Made by a program: the position numbers and the translations under genes
The notes under the pieces: model-generated
The model's input: the letters and a program-made list of their open reading frames with translations, nothing else
Told to the model about the DNA's origin: nothing
Database searches by the model: none
Part shown: piece after piece, positions 35,433 through 47,534 of the stretch
How the letters are laid out: the number at the start of each line of letters is the position of its first letter
Position numbering within the stretch: position 1 is the stretch's first letter
Origin: Xylographa opegraphella
Taxonomy: Eukaryota
Length of the DNA stretch: 64,000 bases
Assembly (NCBI GenBank): GCA_022813865.1
Contig: JALDZX010000036.1
Coordinates: 124,001-188,000, forward strand
Reading direction: 5' to 3'

Positions 35433-36969
35433 ATGTGGAGGCGAGCTTGGTGCTTTACAGGGAGTGGTATAGTCTTGTGATTTTTGATTTTTTGGAAGTA
35501 CGAGGCGTGGAACAAGGCCATATTTCTCCAATGTCTCATCTGCATACATGGTCCGGAGGTTCGGTCGAACATTCCGCTTGGAGTCTGGCGGTCCTGTGGC
35601 ATTTAATATACCCCCCTGCATTTGGGCATAGCGGTCGGTTTTGGTCCTGTATTTGCGAAGCATGGCGCACCTTGGTTTTGATTCCTTATAGCATAGAGAC
35701 CGATCTTCGTTTATCACGGTACACATTAGTCGAAAAGGCAGAAACACAGCGATTCGATCTCCATAGTAAGAGGCCGAGTCTTGAATATGCGCGCTTCTCT
35801 GCTACAAGGCTCCGTGAAGCCGCAAAATCCTCAGCCTCTAGACGAGGGGACTTACGGCCAGGTATTTCTTACTTTTAAGGTAGCCAGTGCTAGGATGCAG
35901 AAGGATGGATTCTAACTTTACTAAAGCAAAGTGCGAAGAACCGTGCCTGTATACGACAACCCCACTAAGCCAGCCACGCTAGCCCTTTTGAGATAAATCC
36001 CATCACTCCTCTCTCAAACCCTACGAAACCCGCACGGCCGAGCCTCAGGAGAGTAATGAGCAAACAGCGTTGACTACTCCGCGCCCCAGCCCCTTCAGCG
36101 CGCAGTCTCTCTGTTCCTCCGCACCCTCAGGGGAGGAGGAGTGGGCGGGTTGTCTATTTCTCAAGCGTCTGTCGCGTTCCTGTTTTTTGTTCTGGAGTGC
36201 TGTTGCGGCTTTGGGGGGTCGGGAGGTATGAATGGAGGTTTGTCGGAGGAGGCGGGAGGCGGGGAAAGGGACGGGTGGATACCCGTATAGGTACCTATCC
36301 GAAACGTGAGCAACACTGCGCGTGGCCCGTCTTGGAGCGGCGGGGTTCCTAGGCGAGGGAATCCAGATCGCGTGGTTGCTCAGAAAGGAGGTGGGGGTGA
36401 TCAGGTCTTGGGTGACGGGTCTGGTCGATGGGAATGGTGGGAAAGGAGAGGGAGGAAGAAGTAGATATGCTGGAGGTTTGGCGAGCTTGTGGTTGTTGGG
36501 ATAACTTCAATAGAGTATTACTTGAAGCCGATGGTGTAAGGGCAGGAACGAAATCACAGTCACATTTATACGCATTTCTCACCTTACTTCACCAGGACGA
36601 TACGGAAGGAACTCATGATTGCTAAACAAACCACCCAACCCCATCGCTACGACTAGAGCTACCTACTCTACAGCGCACACATCCCGGCCCTTCAAATCGC
36701 CAAACACAATGGTATCCATCTCTCGCAAAGGACAAGCAGTCCCACACCCACAACCGCAGCTTGTGTTTCCCGGAAGCCAAGTAGTCCCCGTCCATTAGAT
36801 TCCTAGCTCGCCACGCGCTCTCCCGCTGCAATGACATGGACAGCCAAAGATGCACGGCTGGAGAAGTCCATTGCACCGCCACTAGCCCGAGATTTTCCAC
36901 CCTTCCACATCGGTAGCCATCCCTCCCTCCAGACCGTAAGAGGTAAAGGAATCATCGCAGAGCATGAGA

Positions 36970-39408
36970 TCACGACCCGTTCGGCTGAAATACGTTTTCG
37001 GCCTCCTTTTCCTCCTTGCTCTCCACCTCGTCGAAGTCGACCTCGTACGCCGATGGGTCGCCATCCAGAAGCGTGCTCTTCGATGTCGGCTCTGCCTCGT
37101 TCGCGGCTTCCCCAATGCTGTCGCTCTTGGGTTTGCTGGACTTGGCTTCCTCGCCAGCTTTTTCGCCCTCTTGCTTGATATTCTCCTTTCCCTCTGTAGC
37201 TTTGTTGCCAGCTGTCTCAGCGTCTTCGGCCACCTTGCCGGCTCCTGCTTTCGACTTCTCGCCCGCTTGCTTGGCTGCTTGCTTCGCGTTTTTGCTGACT
37301 TTATCGGCGACTTCGGGCGCTTTCTCCGTGGCGACCTCTGCACCCTCCTTTGCTTTTTGAGCATAAGTCTGCGCACCCTCCTTCGCGCTATCTATCACCT
37401 CGGGGGCTTTGTTTTTGGCAGCAGCTGCACTCTCCTTTGCTTTCTGAGCATAGGTCTGCGCACCGTCCTTCGCATTGTCCATTACTTCGGGTGCTTTGTC
37501 CTTTGCTTGAACAGCAGCCTCCTTGGCCTTAGCGCCTGCATTGCTGGCTACTTCGTCAATTTTATTTCCGGCAGCTTTGGCAGTGGGCGTTGCCATGTCA
37601 ATTCCCTCCCTGGCCTTGTCTCCTACATATTTTCCAAACTCTTTGGCTTTCTCTCCTCCTTGCGCCACTAACTCGGATGTCTCTTTCTTGAACTCTTCAT
37701 ATTTGGGACCGGCCTCTTCCCTGACAGTCTTGATACCCTGCTTGGTTGCGATCGTAGCATTCTGAGCACCTTTTTGAGCCGTAGTCTTAATGTTCTTCCC
37801 AGTTTTTTTGAGGTTGGCTTTTATTTCCGGGTCCAAATCGTTCACCTCGCTGAGCGCGGCTTCGTAGATTTCGCGCTCGACCCCTTTTATGGCATCATGG
37901 CCGGACTTCTGCAAAACATGGTCGTGAGTGGGGTGCTTGGTAGACAACGAGGTACGGCGCGAGTAAGAGCGGATAAAAAAGTCGACGAATAGATAGCTAT
38001 GGTTCACAGTCAGTTCTGCAGTAGCCTATTTCATCAAGAATGGCAAAATCTGGGAACATCTGATGGGCTGTTTGAATAACAAGGAGTAACTCACGTGAGA
38101 GGAGCTAGGTACATGACATTCAGCATAATTGCGAATGCTTGCCCAGATGTATCGATACAGTTGACAGTCGGATACTCGAGTTTGTACCTTATCTCATCCC
38201 TGGTAGTCTCGGCCTTTTCATAATTGGTTTCATCGATTCCAAAGCGCAAGCCCTCGTCATTGCGCACGTTTTGCGCCAATCCTTCCTGGCCTGCTGCTCT
38301 TAATATAATCTTTTTCAGCAAATTACTAACACCTGCCGAAGCGGTGACAGAAGCTATGGCCGAAGAAACCGAAGATGTCATGGCCGGAATCGCGGTCGAG
38401 ATGCTATGAGTGAAGAGATAGGGCGTGTTCACTGGAGTAGAGTAGGATATGAAGAGGTGCGCGAACGCGTATGAGGCCCCAAAAACAAATTGGGCAATTT
38501 GTAGGCTTGTGAGAGTCCGTTTAAATAGCATTGGAGCCTGCATACCTAAGGCAGCAAAGGTGTAGTACGAGTACTGCAGTAATGGTCAGTGTTGCTCATG
38601 TTTTGCGTAATAAAGCATAACTTACCATAAGCGCATGGATGAACGAGTTGACAAGCACAAACATCCAGATTGGAGGTGACATGTATCGCATACCGGCCCA
38701 CATACACATCATAGCGCCTGCATGATGATACGTCTGAAGAAAGGAACTTTTCTTGCCCTTGGCCAGTATGATCATTGTGTCCAAGAGTTCGTAGAATTTT
38801 GAAACGTAAAACAGCCAGCCGTAGTATGCGAGCCCTTCGTTCCAGATCCGGCCAACGTCGGTATTGTCAGGTTCTCCACCTGCAAGCTTGATGAGTTCGT
38901 TGGTGACGCCCCAGGAGCTAGTTGTTGAATTGTACGTAGCTGCGCTGCCCAACCCACGAGGGCCATTGATTTTGCACAGCGCGTCCACTACGCCGGCAAA
39001 ACCATGATCATCGTGCCAACTTGGCCACGAATTGGCGACCGCATTGATCATCCCTACAAAAGTCCAGGCTGAGTATACTGCAAGGAATACGTTGTGTGTG
39101 ATAACGAACGCGAAGAAAGCGCTCGTCTTGCTGAATGACCATGGTTTGTGATCGCGCTGAGCGTTGTATCGATTTATGAGGAACACCGAGGTAGCGTAGA
39201 CAATGGCAATGGTTATTGGATAGTTCACACTGAGAAGGTTATTGTAGAGTTCTGGATTGATATCGAATGGGCGAGCTAGAGAACCATCCGCGAGTGGTGG
39301 AGCCAGGACAGTGGGGAGGTTTGCTGGTGGAAATTTCAGGATAGCGGAGGGCGGCCATGTGATATGCACCGCTGGTGCGGCCGTGGTGCCAGAGGGCACG
39401 AGAAGCAT
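36970..39408 (-). CDS. GNS1/SUR4 (ELO) fatty acid elongase, Gig30-type, with a long hydrophilic repeat tail (3 exons)
   Basis: GLAYYGWLFYVSKFYELLDT, FLQTYHH, NSFIHALM|YSYY, TSLQIAQF, NVMYLAPL|TYLFVDFFIRSY; introns 38574-38625 and 37997-38094. Confidence 0.9.
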
Positions 39409-40260
39409 CGTGGATACTGCAGCGTTGTGATTAGCAGGCAAGATCAACGTGTTGCGAGGCTATCAGAGTGGAGGCCTTGTCACGCGACTTTTGGGATCAA
39501 AAAATAAAGCAGTTGACAAAGATCTGAATTTGAAGTCTGCCGGCTGGAATGAGTGACAGGTATTCGAAAGGGCAGACGAGAGAAATTTTAAAGGCGTACC
39601 AGACAGAGCCGCTTTCGGGCGAAACGCGTTTTGACCGCGGGACAATAGTTGTTGTACCCAAAACAGAACGCACGGGCAGCCTGAATCCAACGCAAGGTTC
39701 CTCACTCACCTCAGGACAAATTGATGCGGAGGGGGAAAATGTTGAGGTGATCCTGCGTGCGAGATGAAGCTCTGTAAGGAAGAGTTTGGAGCTTCTCTCA
39801 AGTTTGTTGCTTTGCACGCGAAAGTTGGACAAAGAGCCGAAGACGTCATAGGATCTAAAGAGCGTCCAGCCACATACGCCACACGTCACTCCTTGCACTC
39901 ACTTGGCGCGAACAAGGCTTCATTGTCATGGGGAGATATAGCATGGTACGTAAGGGCTTCATCAACGATTGAACAGGTTAGTAGCGACATGATAGCGTAA
40001 TGCGAAGTCACAGGACTGTGACCAGGAACATTATGTTTCAAGACTTCGTTGGTGTTTGTATGTTAATTTCAAGCACATGGGCGATATAGGAATATCCATT
40101 CTGCCTATTCTAAGTAGTCCTCATGAGATGGATGCTTCTTCCCAACCTCTGTATTGTCATGTCCGAAATACTTTGCCACATCCGGAACGCCAAATAACCG
40201 GTCACCATACCATGTGCAACACCCTCCCAATTTCCCATCGGCCAGCCCACAGGTTTGTTC

Positions 40261-41151
40261 CTACTCAATGTCCACCTTCTTGACCTCCACAAATTCCTCC
40301 ACCTTCGGGACCTTCACCACGAGCACACCATCCTCCATGCGTGCGCTGATCGCGTCCACTTCCACAGCGGCCGGGTTCGCACGGCTTCCGAGCCTGACTT
40401 TCCGCTCGAAAACACCCACTTGTCTTTCATCCATGGCTAGAGTCTTGAGCATCTCTTCGTCTCCGATCCTGTAGATCACGCCCCCAACACTGAGTTCCGA
40501 CTTGTCAGCGTCCCAGTTGACACCGACGTCTTCCTTCTTGGCGCCCGGGAGCGAGAAGTGCACCATGTACGCTTCGGGGGTATCGAAGACGTCGCAAGGC
40601 GGCGTGAAGTCCTTGTCGGTGGCAGCCTTGTCCTTTGTTTCCGTCTCGGTGTTGCCCTCTGTCCCGTTAGAGGTGTCGAAACCGAATCGCTGGGACAAAA
40701 ACTGTGCAAGAGCGTTCATGTCGAATGGCTGATTGCCGCCTTCAAATCCACCACGGCCTCCCCAGCCTCGAGAGCCTCCACCGAAGGGGAAGTTACCACC
40801 AAATCCGCCGAAGCCACCGCGGCCACCGAAGCCGCCACGTCGCATTCCGCCGCGGCGATGACGTCCACCACACCCTTGGGGTCCTTCGTGATGCTGATGT
40901 GGGCCACCTTGGTGATGAGCCTCTGGCGGAGGGCAAGGTCCGCTGGGCTGCTGCAAGGGTTCTGAGCCATCATACTCTGGAGGAGGTGGTCCCTGGTGTT
41001 CCCCGTGAGAAGGGCCCTGGTTACCACCACCCCGGGCTGCTTCTTGAGGTGCATATGCGCTGAAGAAAGGGTGCTCGCCAGCAGCAGATTCCATGCCGGC
41101 GACCCAGTCCCAAAAGGGAGCTGTCTGGTTGTAGTATCTGATGGAAGGCAT
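40261..41151 (-). CDS. Small heat-shock protein (HSP20/alpha-crystallin) with a long Gly-rich N-terminus
   Basis: [60 protein letters not shown] and a C-terminal VxI motif (KKVDIE). Confidence 0.93.
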   Translation of the reverse strand: MPSIRYYNQTAPFWDWVAGMESAAGEHPFFSAYAPQEAARGGGNQGPSHGEHQGPPPPEYDGSEPLQQPSGPCPPPEAHHQGGPHQHHEGPQGCGGRHRRGGMRRGGFGGRGGFGGFGGNFPFGGGSRGWGGRGGFEGGNQPFDMNALAQFLSQRFGFDTSNGTEGNTETETKDKAATDKDFTPPCDVFDTPEAYMVHFSLPGAKKEDVGVNWDADKSELSVGGVIYRIGDEEMLKTLAMDERQVGVFERKVRLGSRANPAAVEVDAISARMEDGVLVVKVPKVEEFVEVKKVDIE

Positions 41152-41368
41152 GTCGTTGTGTATGTGCTAGTAAGTATTATATATTGTAATATTCTAGAGA
41201 AATCAAAATAGATAGGATGTATGAGATTTTTATCGGGTAGATGATGAAGAGAAATGCTTGAACTGGAAAGCATCAACTATATACTGTAAAACATCAAGGC
41301 AGCACAGGGAGGCGTACACCCCCTCCTTTCGTGACGACTGAGCTCACGCAAGCAAGCTTATGACCGTC

Positions 41369-41413
41369 AGAAAGAACGGGAATGCGCTAGAAGAAGAAGG
41401 TAATGTTTCGAAG
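41369..41413. promoter_or_regulatory. Putative step-type heat shock element upstream of HSP20 (plus STRE CCCCT ~41320 and TATATA 41278-41283)
   Basis: GAA at 41370, 41380, 41390 and 41410 (GTA at 41400), an exact 10-bp phasing, 220-260 bp upstream of the ATG. Confidence 0.55.
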
Positions 41414-42419
41414 GATTATCATAGGTAGGCTCCATGGCCGCGTAACGTAGTCGAGTTGTACACCCACACGACTACGGACCGTTAACACAGGCAGTCGCTC
41501 TTTGCACTGTCCCCGACACATCGTCGCCAAGTGGAGACCCTTTCAAGAAAGCTCTTTGGTGTGGTTGCCTTTCCTATGGGGCTCTTCGTCGCTCACGTCG
41601 ACTCCGTCAAGCCCCCAGATCGTATCAATAATGAAAACCGCGATGCCTCTGCAGGCCGGGGCCAGCAGTGACCACCGCCACAGAAGCCTCAAACCTGTGT
41701 GGCAGACATCATTCCAGTGCCGAGATCTTTGATCCAATCATCTCCCGAGCCTGTTCAGCCACGGGGCCGAGAACACGCCGATCATTATTCATGGTGTAGT
41801 TGCCTAAAGAAGGTCGAGGAAGAATGTTGGAGGCAAGCAATTAGCCGGGACACAAGATCCACAGTGACTACGTAGTATCCAGACCACAGCCATTTAACGG
41901 CCAAAACGATAGCGATTATTCCTTTAAGGGCGAATCGATCTGGGTGTTATAATCTGTCAGCGATACACTAACAGCAATATACGGTACGTGCTTGTTTTAC
42001 ATGGATAGTTCAATTAAGATACATGAACACTGCAGCTATAAAGATTCCCCGGTCGAAGACACCCCAAGTATACCTGTAGAAGAACTTTGACCATATAGTT
42101 CTACAACTATAGAGACCGCCCTTGGTCGAACATGGCTATCAAGAGGCCCCTATCAGAGCTTAGTCTTGGCAATCACGAAACTCCTGGCCAAGCTCTTGGG
42201 ATGGTATCGATTGCACGTGCCCTCCCTCCATGCAGCGCGTGATCTAAGTATAACAGACATCGCTACCACCCTGGTATCTAAAGCAACAAATATGCACCGA
42301 TGAAAGACATAACCTCATAAATATCATACATATCAAAGGACACTTCAAGTTGCGAAGCATCGGATCTCACCCACCAGAGTACGATGAGGACTCCCGATGA
42401 CAGAGACCAAGAATGCACC

Positions 42420-44099
42420 TCATCCCATATTGGCACTGTACTTGCCACGCGATCGAATCTTCGGGCCGTAGATGTAGAACAGGTACGGAATGGGGATGAG
42501 TAATATTGCGAAGAACCCAAAGACGCTGGTGGCCCACGGTATCCCCAACTTGGAATACATGGGATCGACGAACAAGGGAAATGCCAAGGCGCACACGCTT
42601 CGTAGGAAGGTGTTGGCTGCGATCGCGCTTGCGGCGTATCGTTGAAATGTATCGATGAGGTAGTTGAGCGCGCTCTGGAAGATGGTGAAGAAGCCAAATC
42701 CGAGCAAGACTGCACCGATGACGGGGGCAATCCAAGGGGTATCTCGTCCGGATGTCCAGCCGAACAGGAAGAGCCCTACCGCGAAGAACACGGACCCGAT
42801 CATCATCGGTGGGAGGCGCGCTTCCGGCACTGGCCGGTCACCATTCGCATGGAATCGCTTGGTGTAGAAGCTTGCGTTAAGGATGTTTGCTATTCCTCCG
42901 ATGATGATACCTATCAGTAGCGCCAAAAATGGCAAGGTGCCCACGAATTGATTCCAGCCTCGCTCTCCCTCGAACTCCAAAGGCCACGCTGCTAAGTTAC
43001 CGTAAAGTATGCCATAGACGAACGAGGCATACAGAGCGATAAGAAAACAGATAGGGGTCATGAGCATCTGGAATGGTCGGAGACCAAATTTCTCAATCAT
43101 CTCCTTCACAGATACGTCCCATTCTTCGTGCTCGGCGTGAAGGGCCCAGTTGCCGGTCTGAATCCGAAGACGGCGGGCCTTGTAGACCAAAAGGACTGGA
43201 GCATAACTCTCATCAAGAATGATGATATCAAACACCCAGATGAACAGCATCAGCATTGCCGTGAGATACTCGGCCCACCTCCAGCTGACACCACTTTCAA
43301 TGAAGGCACCGCCAATGATTGGCCCTAGAACGGGTCCTCCCACTACAGCGAAAGCGTAAAAGACAATGGCAGTAGCTCGTTGTGTTGCAGGCCATATATC
43401 GGACAGGACCCCACCTGTATTTGTAATAGGGGCTGCGGAGAAGAAGCCAGTGAAGAACCGTGTGATCAGGATTGTTTGTATGTCCTTTCCTGCTCCTGTA
43501 CCGAAAGAAAACATCGAAGCAACAAAATATGGCAAAAGCACAGCGTATTTTCGACCATATATCTCCGAGAGTGGTGCCCAACATATCGGTCCTAATCCAA
43601 ACCCCGCAAGAAGGAAACTCAATCCGAGTAATGAAACTTCTGTGCCAACACCATAGTCTGCCGATATCACGTCGACTGTCGGGCTGTAGACACTGCTTGC
43701 AAAGGTTGCACCCATTGTTGTAAAACCGTAAAGCACTGTGGTAACGACCTTCTTCCGCATTGGCCAGTTCAGAGGACGATATGGATCATCCGGTCCTTCG
43801 AACTTAACAAGGACATCGGGCCCAGTCTTCGAATGCGAAAGCGGGTGACTAAAGACACCATCGCGCGTCTTCCGACGCGTTATGCTTTGTATTCTTGATA
43901 TGCGACGGTTACCAGTGGCAGCACCCTGCGTATCCTCAACTGTATCCGCTTTTTCGAGGTCTGCAAAATCATTGGAAGTGTGGCCGAGTGAAGCGTCATG
44001 GCTAACGTTGGAGTGTGATGACTGTGGCTCGGCGTCGTCTTGCCTTCGAGCCATGGAACTCCGGGGAGTAGTTGATTGAGAGATGTCAGAGGTGGCCAT
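42420..44099 (-). CDS. MFS multidrug/polyamine transporter, DHA1 family (intronless)
   Basis: FEGPDDPYRPLNWP, WAPLSEIYGRK, RFFTGFF, GPVLGPIIGG, WRW, PEARLPP, NYLID, ASAIAANTFLRS; about 12 TM segments. Confidence 0.95.
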   Translation of the reverse strand: MATSDISQSTTPRSSMARRQDDAEPQSSHSNVSHDASLGHTSNDFADLEKADTVEDTQGAATGNRRISRIQSITRRKTRDGVFSHPLSHSKTGPDVLVKFEGPDDPYRPLNWPMRKKVVTTVLYGFTTMGATFASSVYSPTVDVISADYGVGTEVSLLGLSFLLAGFGLGPICWAPLSEIYGRKYAVLLPYFVASMFSFGTGAGKDIQTILITRFFTGFFSAAPITNTGGVLSDIWPATQRATAIVFYAFAVVGGPVLGPIIGGAFIESGVSWRWAEYLTAMLMLFIWVFDIIILDESYAPVLLVYKARRLRIQTGNWALHAEHEEWDVSVKEMIEKFGLRPFQMLMTPICFLIALYASFVYGILYGNLAAWPLEFEGERGWNQFVGTLPFLALLIGIIIGGIANILNASFYTKRFHANGDRPVPEARLPPMMIGSVFFAVGLFLFGWTSGRDTPWIAPVIGAVLLGFGFFTIFQSALNYLIDTFQRYAASAIAANTFLRSVCALAFPLFVDPMYSKLGIPWATSVFGFFAILLIPIPYLFYIYGPKIRSRGKYSANMG

Positions 44100-44596
44100 A
44101 TTGACTGAAGCCTAGCAAGACGTAGGACGAGCTGGAGATAGTGGCTACTCAATTAGCTATGAAATAGAGTGACAGAGTGCGAAACATTGGTCACACGCAA
44201 AACAGTGGGAGGTGCTAACAGATGAGAGCCTTTGCAGAGAAAACGCTTATCAGAAGACGCATTGTAGGGGAAGACAACGGCCATCACGGGCTTCACACCA
44301 ACATATACTCTTCTGGCACTATCTCAGATCTTCATCGCAGAATGACGCCAAGCTTCTGGACAGGATGAACCGTCATCGGAGCCGATTACTCGACTATGAC
44401 GCACGAAGACCAAGAACAGACTAGGGTCGGGACGGCACGAGGAGCCGCATCTTGTCCGTTGCCGACATAGCCGACTCTTCGACTGCAGACTGTAGCGGTG
44501 ATTGGGTTGACCGAAAGAATTGGTCTGGCGCGACTACCAATCTCGTGCTCAACTTCAAGGACTTAGCAAGTGGTGAGAAGAAGGTCTGATATCAAC

Positions 44597-45812
44597 ATGA
44601 AGCTCTCAGTGTCTAAAGTCCCAACTTCTCTCCTGCAGAAGTCGTGCCTGGGCCCAAGAGCACTCAACTATACACCTCTGGTTTACAATTTTCATACCGG
44701 AACCCCGAGAGCCGCCACTCCACTGCCTCTACCAACAGCCGCTGGTCCTCCCCCTGCAGCGCCTCTCCCGGCAGTGTCGCAGTATGGTGAGCGAGTTGAC
44801 CGCCGAAGGCGGCAGGCCGAGCTCCTAAAACGGGGTCAGGACCTGCGTGCTTCCCACATGAAACCGGGGAGTGCTTTAAAGAAGCGATTCTGGAAAGAGG
44901 TTCATGTCAAAACTACTCCTGGTAAGCTATACGAAAAATAGAAATCCACATATTCCTTGACCAAATGGCTGATGACTGATTCTTCGTGTCGAAGAGGGAC
45001 ATCATACTGTCCACCTCGACGGACGACCAGTCCGTGCTCCAACCACAAAATCTGTCCTGCCGATTCCGCCCTCGAAGCCTCATCTCGCGTCCGCCATCGC
45101 GCTGGAATGGGATCTCCTCGTATCTGCACAACAAGCACTGAAACAACATCATTTACCTCTCACTTCGATAGCGAGTCGTGCGTACGACATTGCCCTCCAA
45201 GATGAGGGTCAAGCGCCAGGAGATGCACGGCAAGAGATGGTCACGATGCTTATGCGGTACTTGGACACTGATACCCTACTATGTTGGGCGCCCGCCAGAA
45301 GTCAGCACGATGCTATGCAATTGGAAGAGAGTGCAGATAGAGCCAACAAAAGCTTGCGCGAAATTCAGATTCGTGTCGCGCGGCCGATAATATCTTACTT
45401 GACAAGAGATATATGGCCCGGTATTGAGATAAAACCTGTCCTAGATGATGGCTTTATTGTTCCCGCAAGTCAGCCGCAAGAAACTAAAGATGTCATCAGA
45501 GGTTGGATAAGCGGACTAGGACCATGGGAATTGGCAGCATTGGAACGAGCTGTGCTGGCAGGGAAGAGCCTGTGTGTTGCCGCCCGATTAGTCGTGGAAT
45601 GGAGCGAGAACTTCCGATCTGTTGGCGCCTCTACCGGGGGAGCTTCGGGATCCCCGAAGTTTGGTATCGAAGAAGCTGCCGAAGCCTGCAGCTTAGAGGT
45701 TAACTGGCAGACGGGCATGTGGGGAGAGGTCGAAGACAGCCATGATGTGGAGAAGGAAGACTTAAGAAGGCAATTTGGTAGTGTGATACTGATTGTTAGT
45801 GGAACATCATGA
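44597..45812 (+). CDS. ATP12: Mitochondrial F1-ATPase assembly chaperone Atp12 (2 exons)
   Basis: LKKRFWKEVHV, HLDGRPVR, LASAIALEWD, RYLDTDTLLC, LAALERAVLAGKS, LEVNWQTGMWGEVEDSHDVEKEDLRRQFGS. Confidence 0.95.
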
Positions 45813-46248
45813 ATAGACTTCTTGAAGAACACGTATCGAAATTCATGAAAGCTGCTTCAGTGACGAGAAGGCGCCTTCCAACACCGTTCAATTTTGTACT
45901 TGAAACCATATTATGGCAAGAATGGCCTTCATGAATGTGACTAGGTAACGACGCTGTGAACTATTGACTACAGCGATAATATATAAGGGTCCTCCGCAGT
46001 CCATCATTATGACCTCTCCAAACCTCCCTCATCAAATATTTTATCGCGACTCGATCGTCACCAACAATTTGGATATGATGACGGTATTTTTCTACATCAT
46101 CACTGTCACAACCTGATACAACTGCTTCGCTTATACCTGCTTCTCAACAACTGTTCGCAACCAGAGGCAGAAGCTTCCTCGATCCTCAATTCGAGAGGGT
46201 TTTGCAGCGTTCCTCTATAGGCACTTATCTGTCACTAAGAAGAGATAG

Positions 46249-47216
46249 AATGCCTTCCCGCAAACCTAGTGAAGTTTCTCTCTCCTCGCGTGGGTGGATT
46301 CGCAAACGTATACAATCTCAATCTCCGGCACTTGAACAACCGCCGTCACAACACGGGTACTCTTCGCCAATGGCATTTAGGGTTGTACCTATGTTCATTG
46401 ACGACGCCTTCATCTGGTATATTGGTAGGAGTTACTTCTACCCCGACCGCCTGCAGTTCATACATCTATGGAACATCTACATGGCTGCTAAAGAGCTGCC
46501 GACCATGACTGAACGTTCTCAATGGTTCGATGAAAAGGCTAAGGCGCCCTCATGTAAGATGGTGCTCTACGAGCGTTACCGACACCTTTTCCTGGATATG
46601 TTCGAGATGCTACAACTCCGTCCAGAATGGGCTATGAAAGATCGCGCGGCAGTCTCTTGTGCTGCAGTTGCCATGTTAGATAGGGCTTGCAAGATGTCCT
46701 GTATGGGCGTTACATATTATCCCTGGACTGATCCAGTCAGAGTACAACACGACTGGGTTAGGATTTTCGGGACAAGAACTTTTGAGAACAGATACTCCCC
46801 GTTCGGGTTCTTGCTGGAGCTTCCCAGCTGCGGTAGACGGAAGGAAAGACTTCATAATATGGTATTATGGGCATAATGACCAATGCGTTAGCGGGCTTGT
46901 CTTTGCCCTCGACGATGCATACAGATACGGGTGCTATGGAGTCTCGATCCGGGAGGGCCATGACGACCGGTTTTCATGGACATCTCCAAAGCAGGTCGTA
47001 AAGGACTTGTCGCATGAGGAGAAGATGAAGCATCTTAAGTATACCGAGTGGAGCGGACAAACTCGTATGGTTGATGTTCTTTTTGGGCGTCGGGGTTCGA
47101 AAGACTTGGATGGGCGACACAGTAGCTGCCGTACCCTCGATAGAGAATTGAATCCCGGTGTGGACTTCACCACCAGCTTGACTAATGGCATACGATGGTC
47201 GAGGGGTCCTAGTTGA
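46249..47216 (+). CDS. Hypothetical protein in two overlapping frames (intron or frameshift near 46700-46800)
   Basis: ORFs 46202-46876 and 46782-47216 both have globular-looking composition. A GTATGG(46701)..ACAG(46791) intron would join them in frame, but the branch site is weak. Confidence 0.35.
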
Positions 47217-47534
47217 TATCTCGGGAGAAGCACTAGAAGACTTGCCCTCAAAGCTTACAGGCGTGCATGTTGCAGATTTTGGCTCTCTTCCATTTGCATG
47301 CTACATGTGATTTCTTTTTGATTCTATCTTACACTACAGCTTGCATTGTTTCAACCCTAGCTTTATAGTACTCAGATTCTATCATAACCAATACAAGCAT
47401 GAAAAGATTTATCTCTACTACTCTATCTATCTACTGAATCATTCTCTCACTTTGTTTTCTTCCCTATTCCTCCTGTTCCTCCACTTTGTCCCCGTAAAAG
47501 TCTCACTCTGGACTGACCACTGGATTATGCCTAC

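Noticed and set aside
36964..37671. 235-aa hydrophobic plus-strand ORF
   Set aside because: Antisense shadow of the K/E/A-rich elongase tail.
38716..38740. Elongase His-box reading QTYHH instead of HxxHH as an inactivating change
   Set aside because: As I recall, this variant is typical of the fungal Gig30-type subfamily, so it is not locus-specific.
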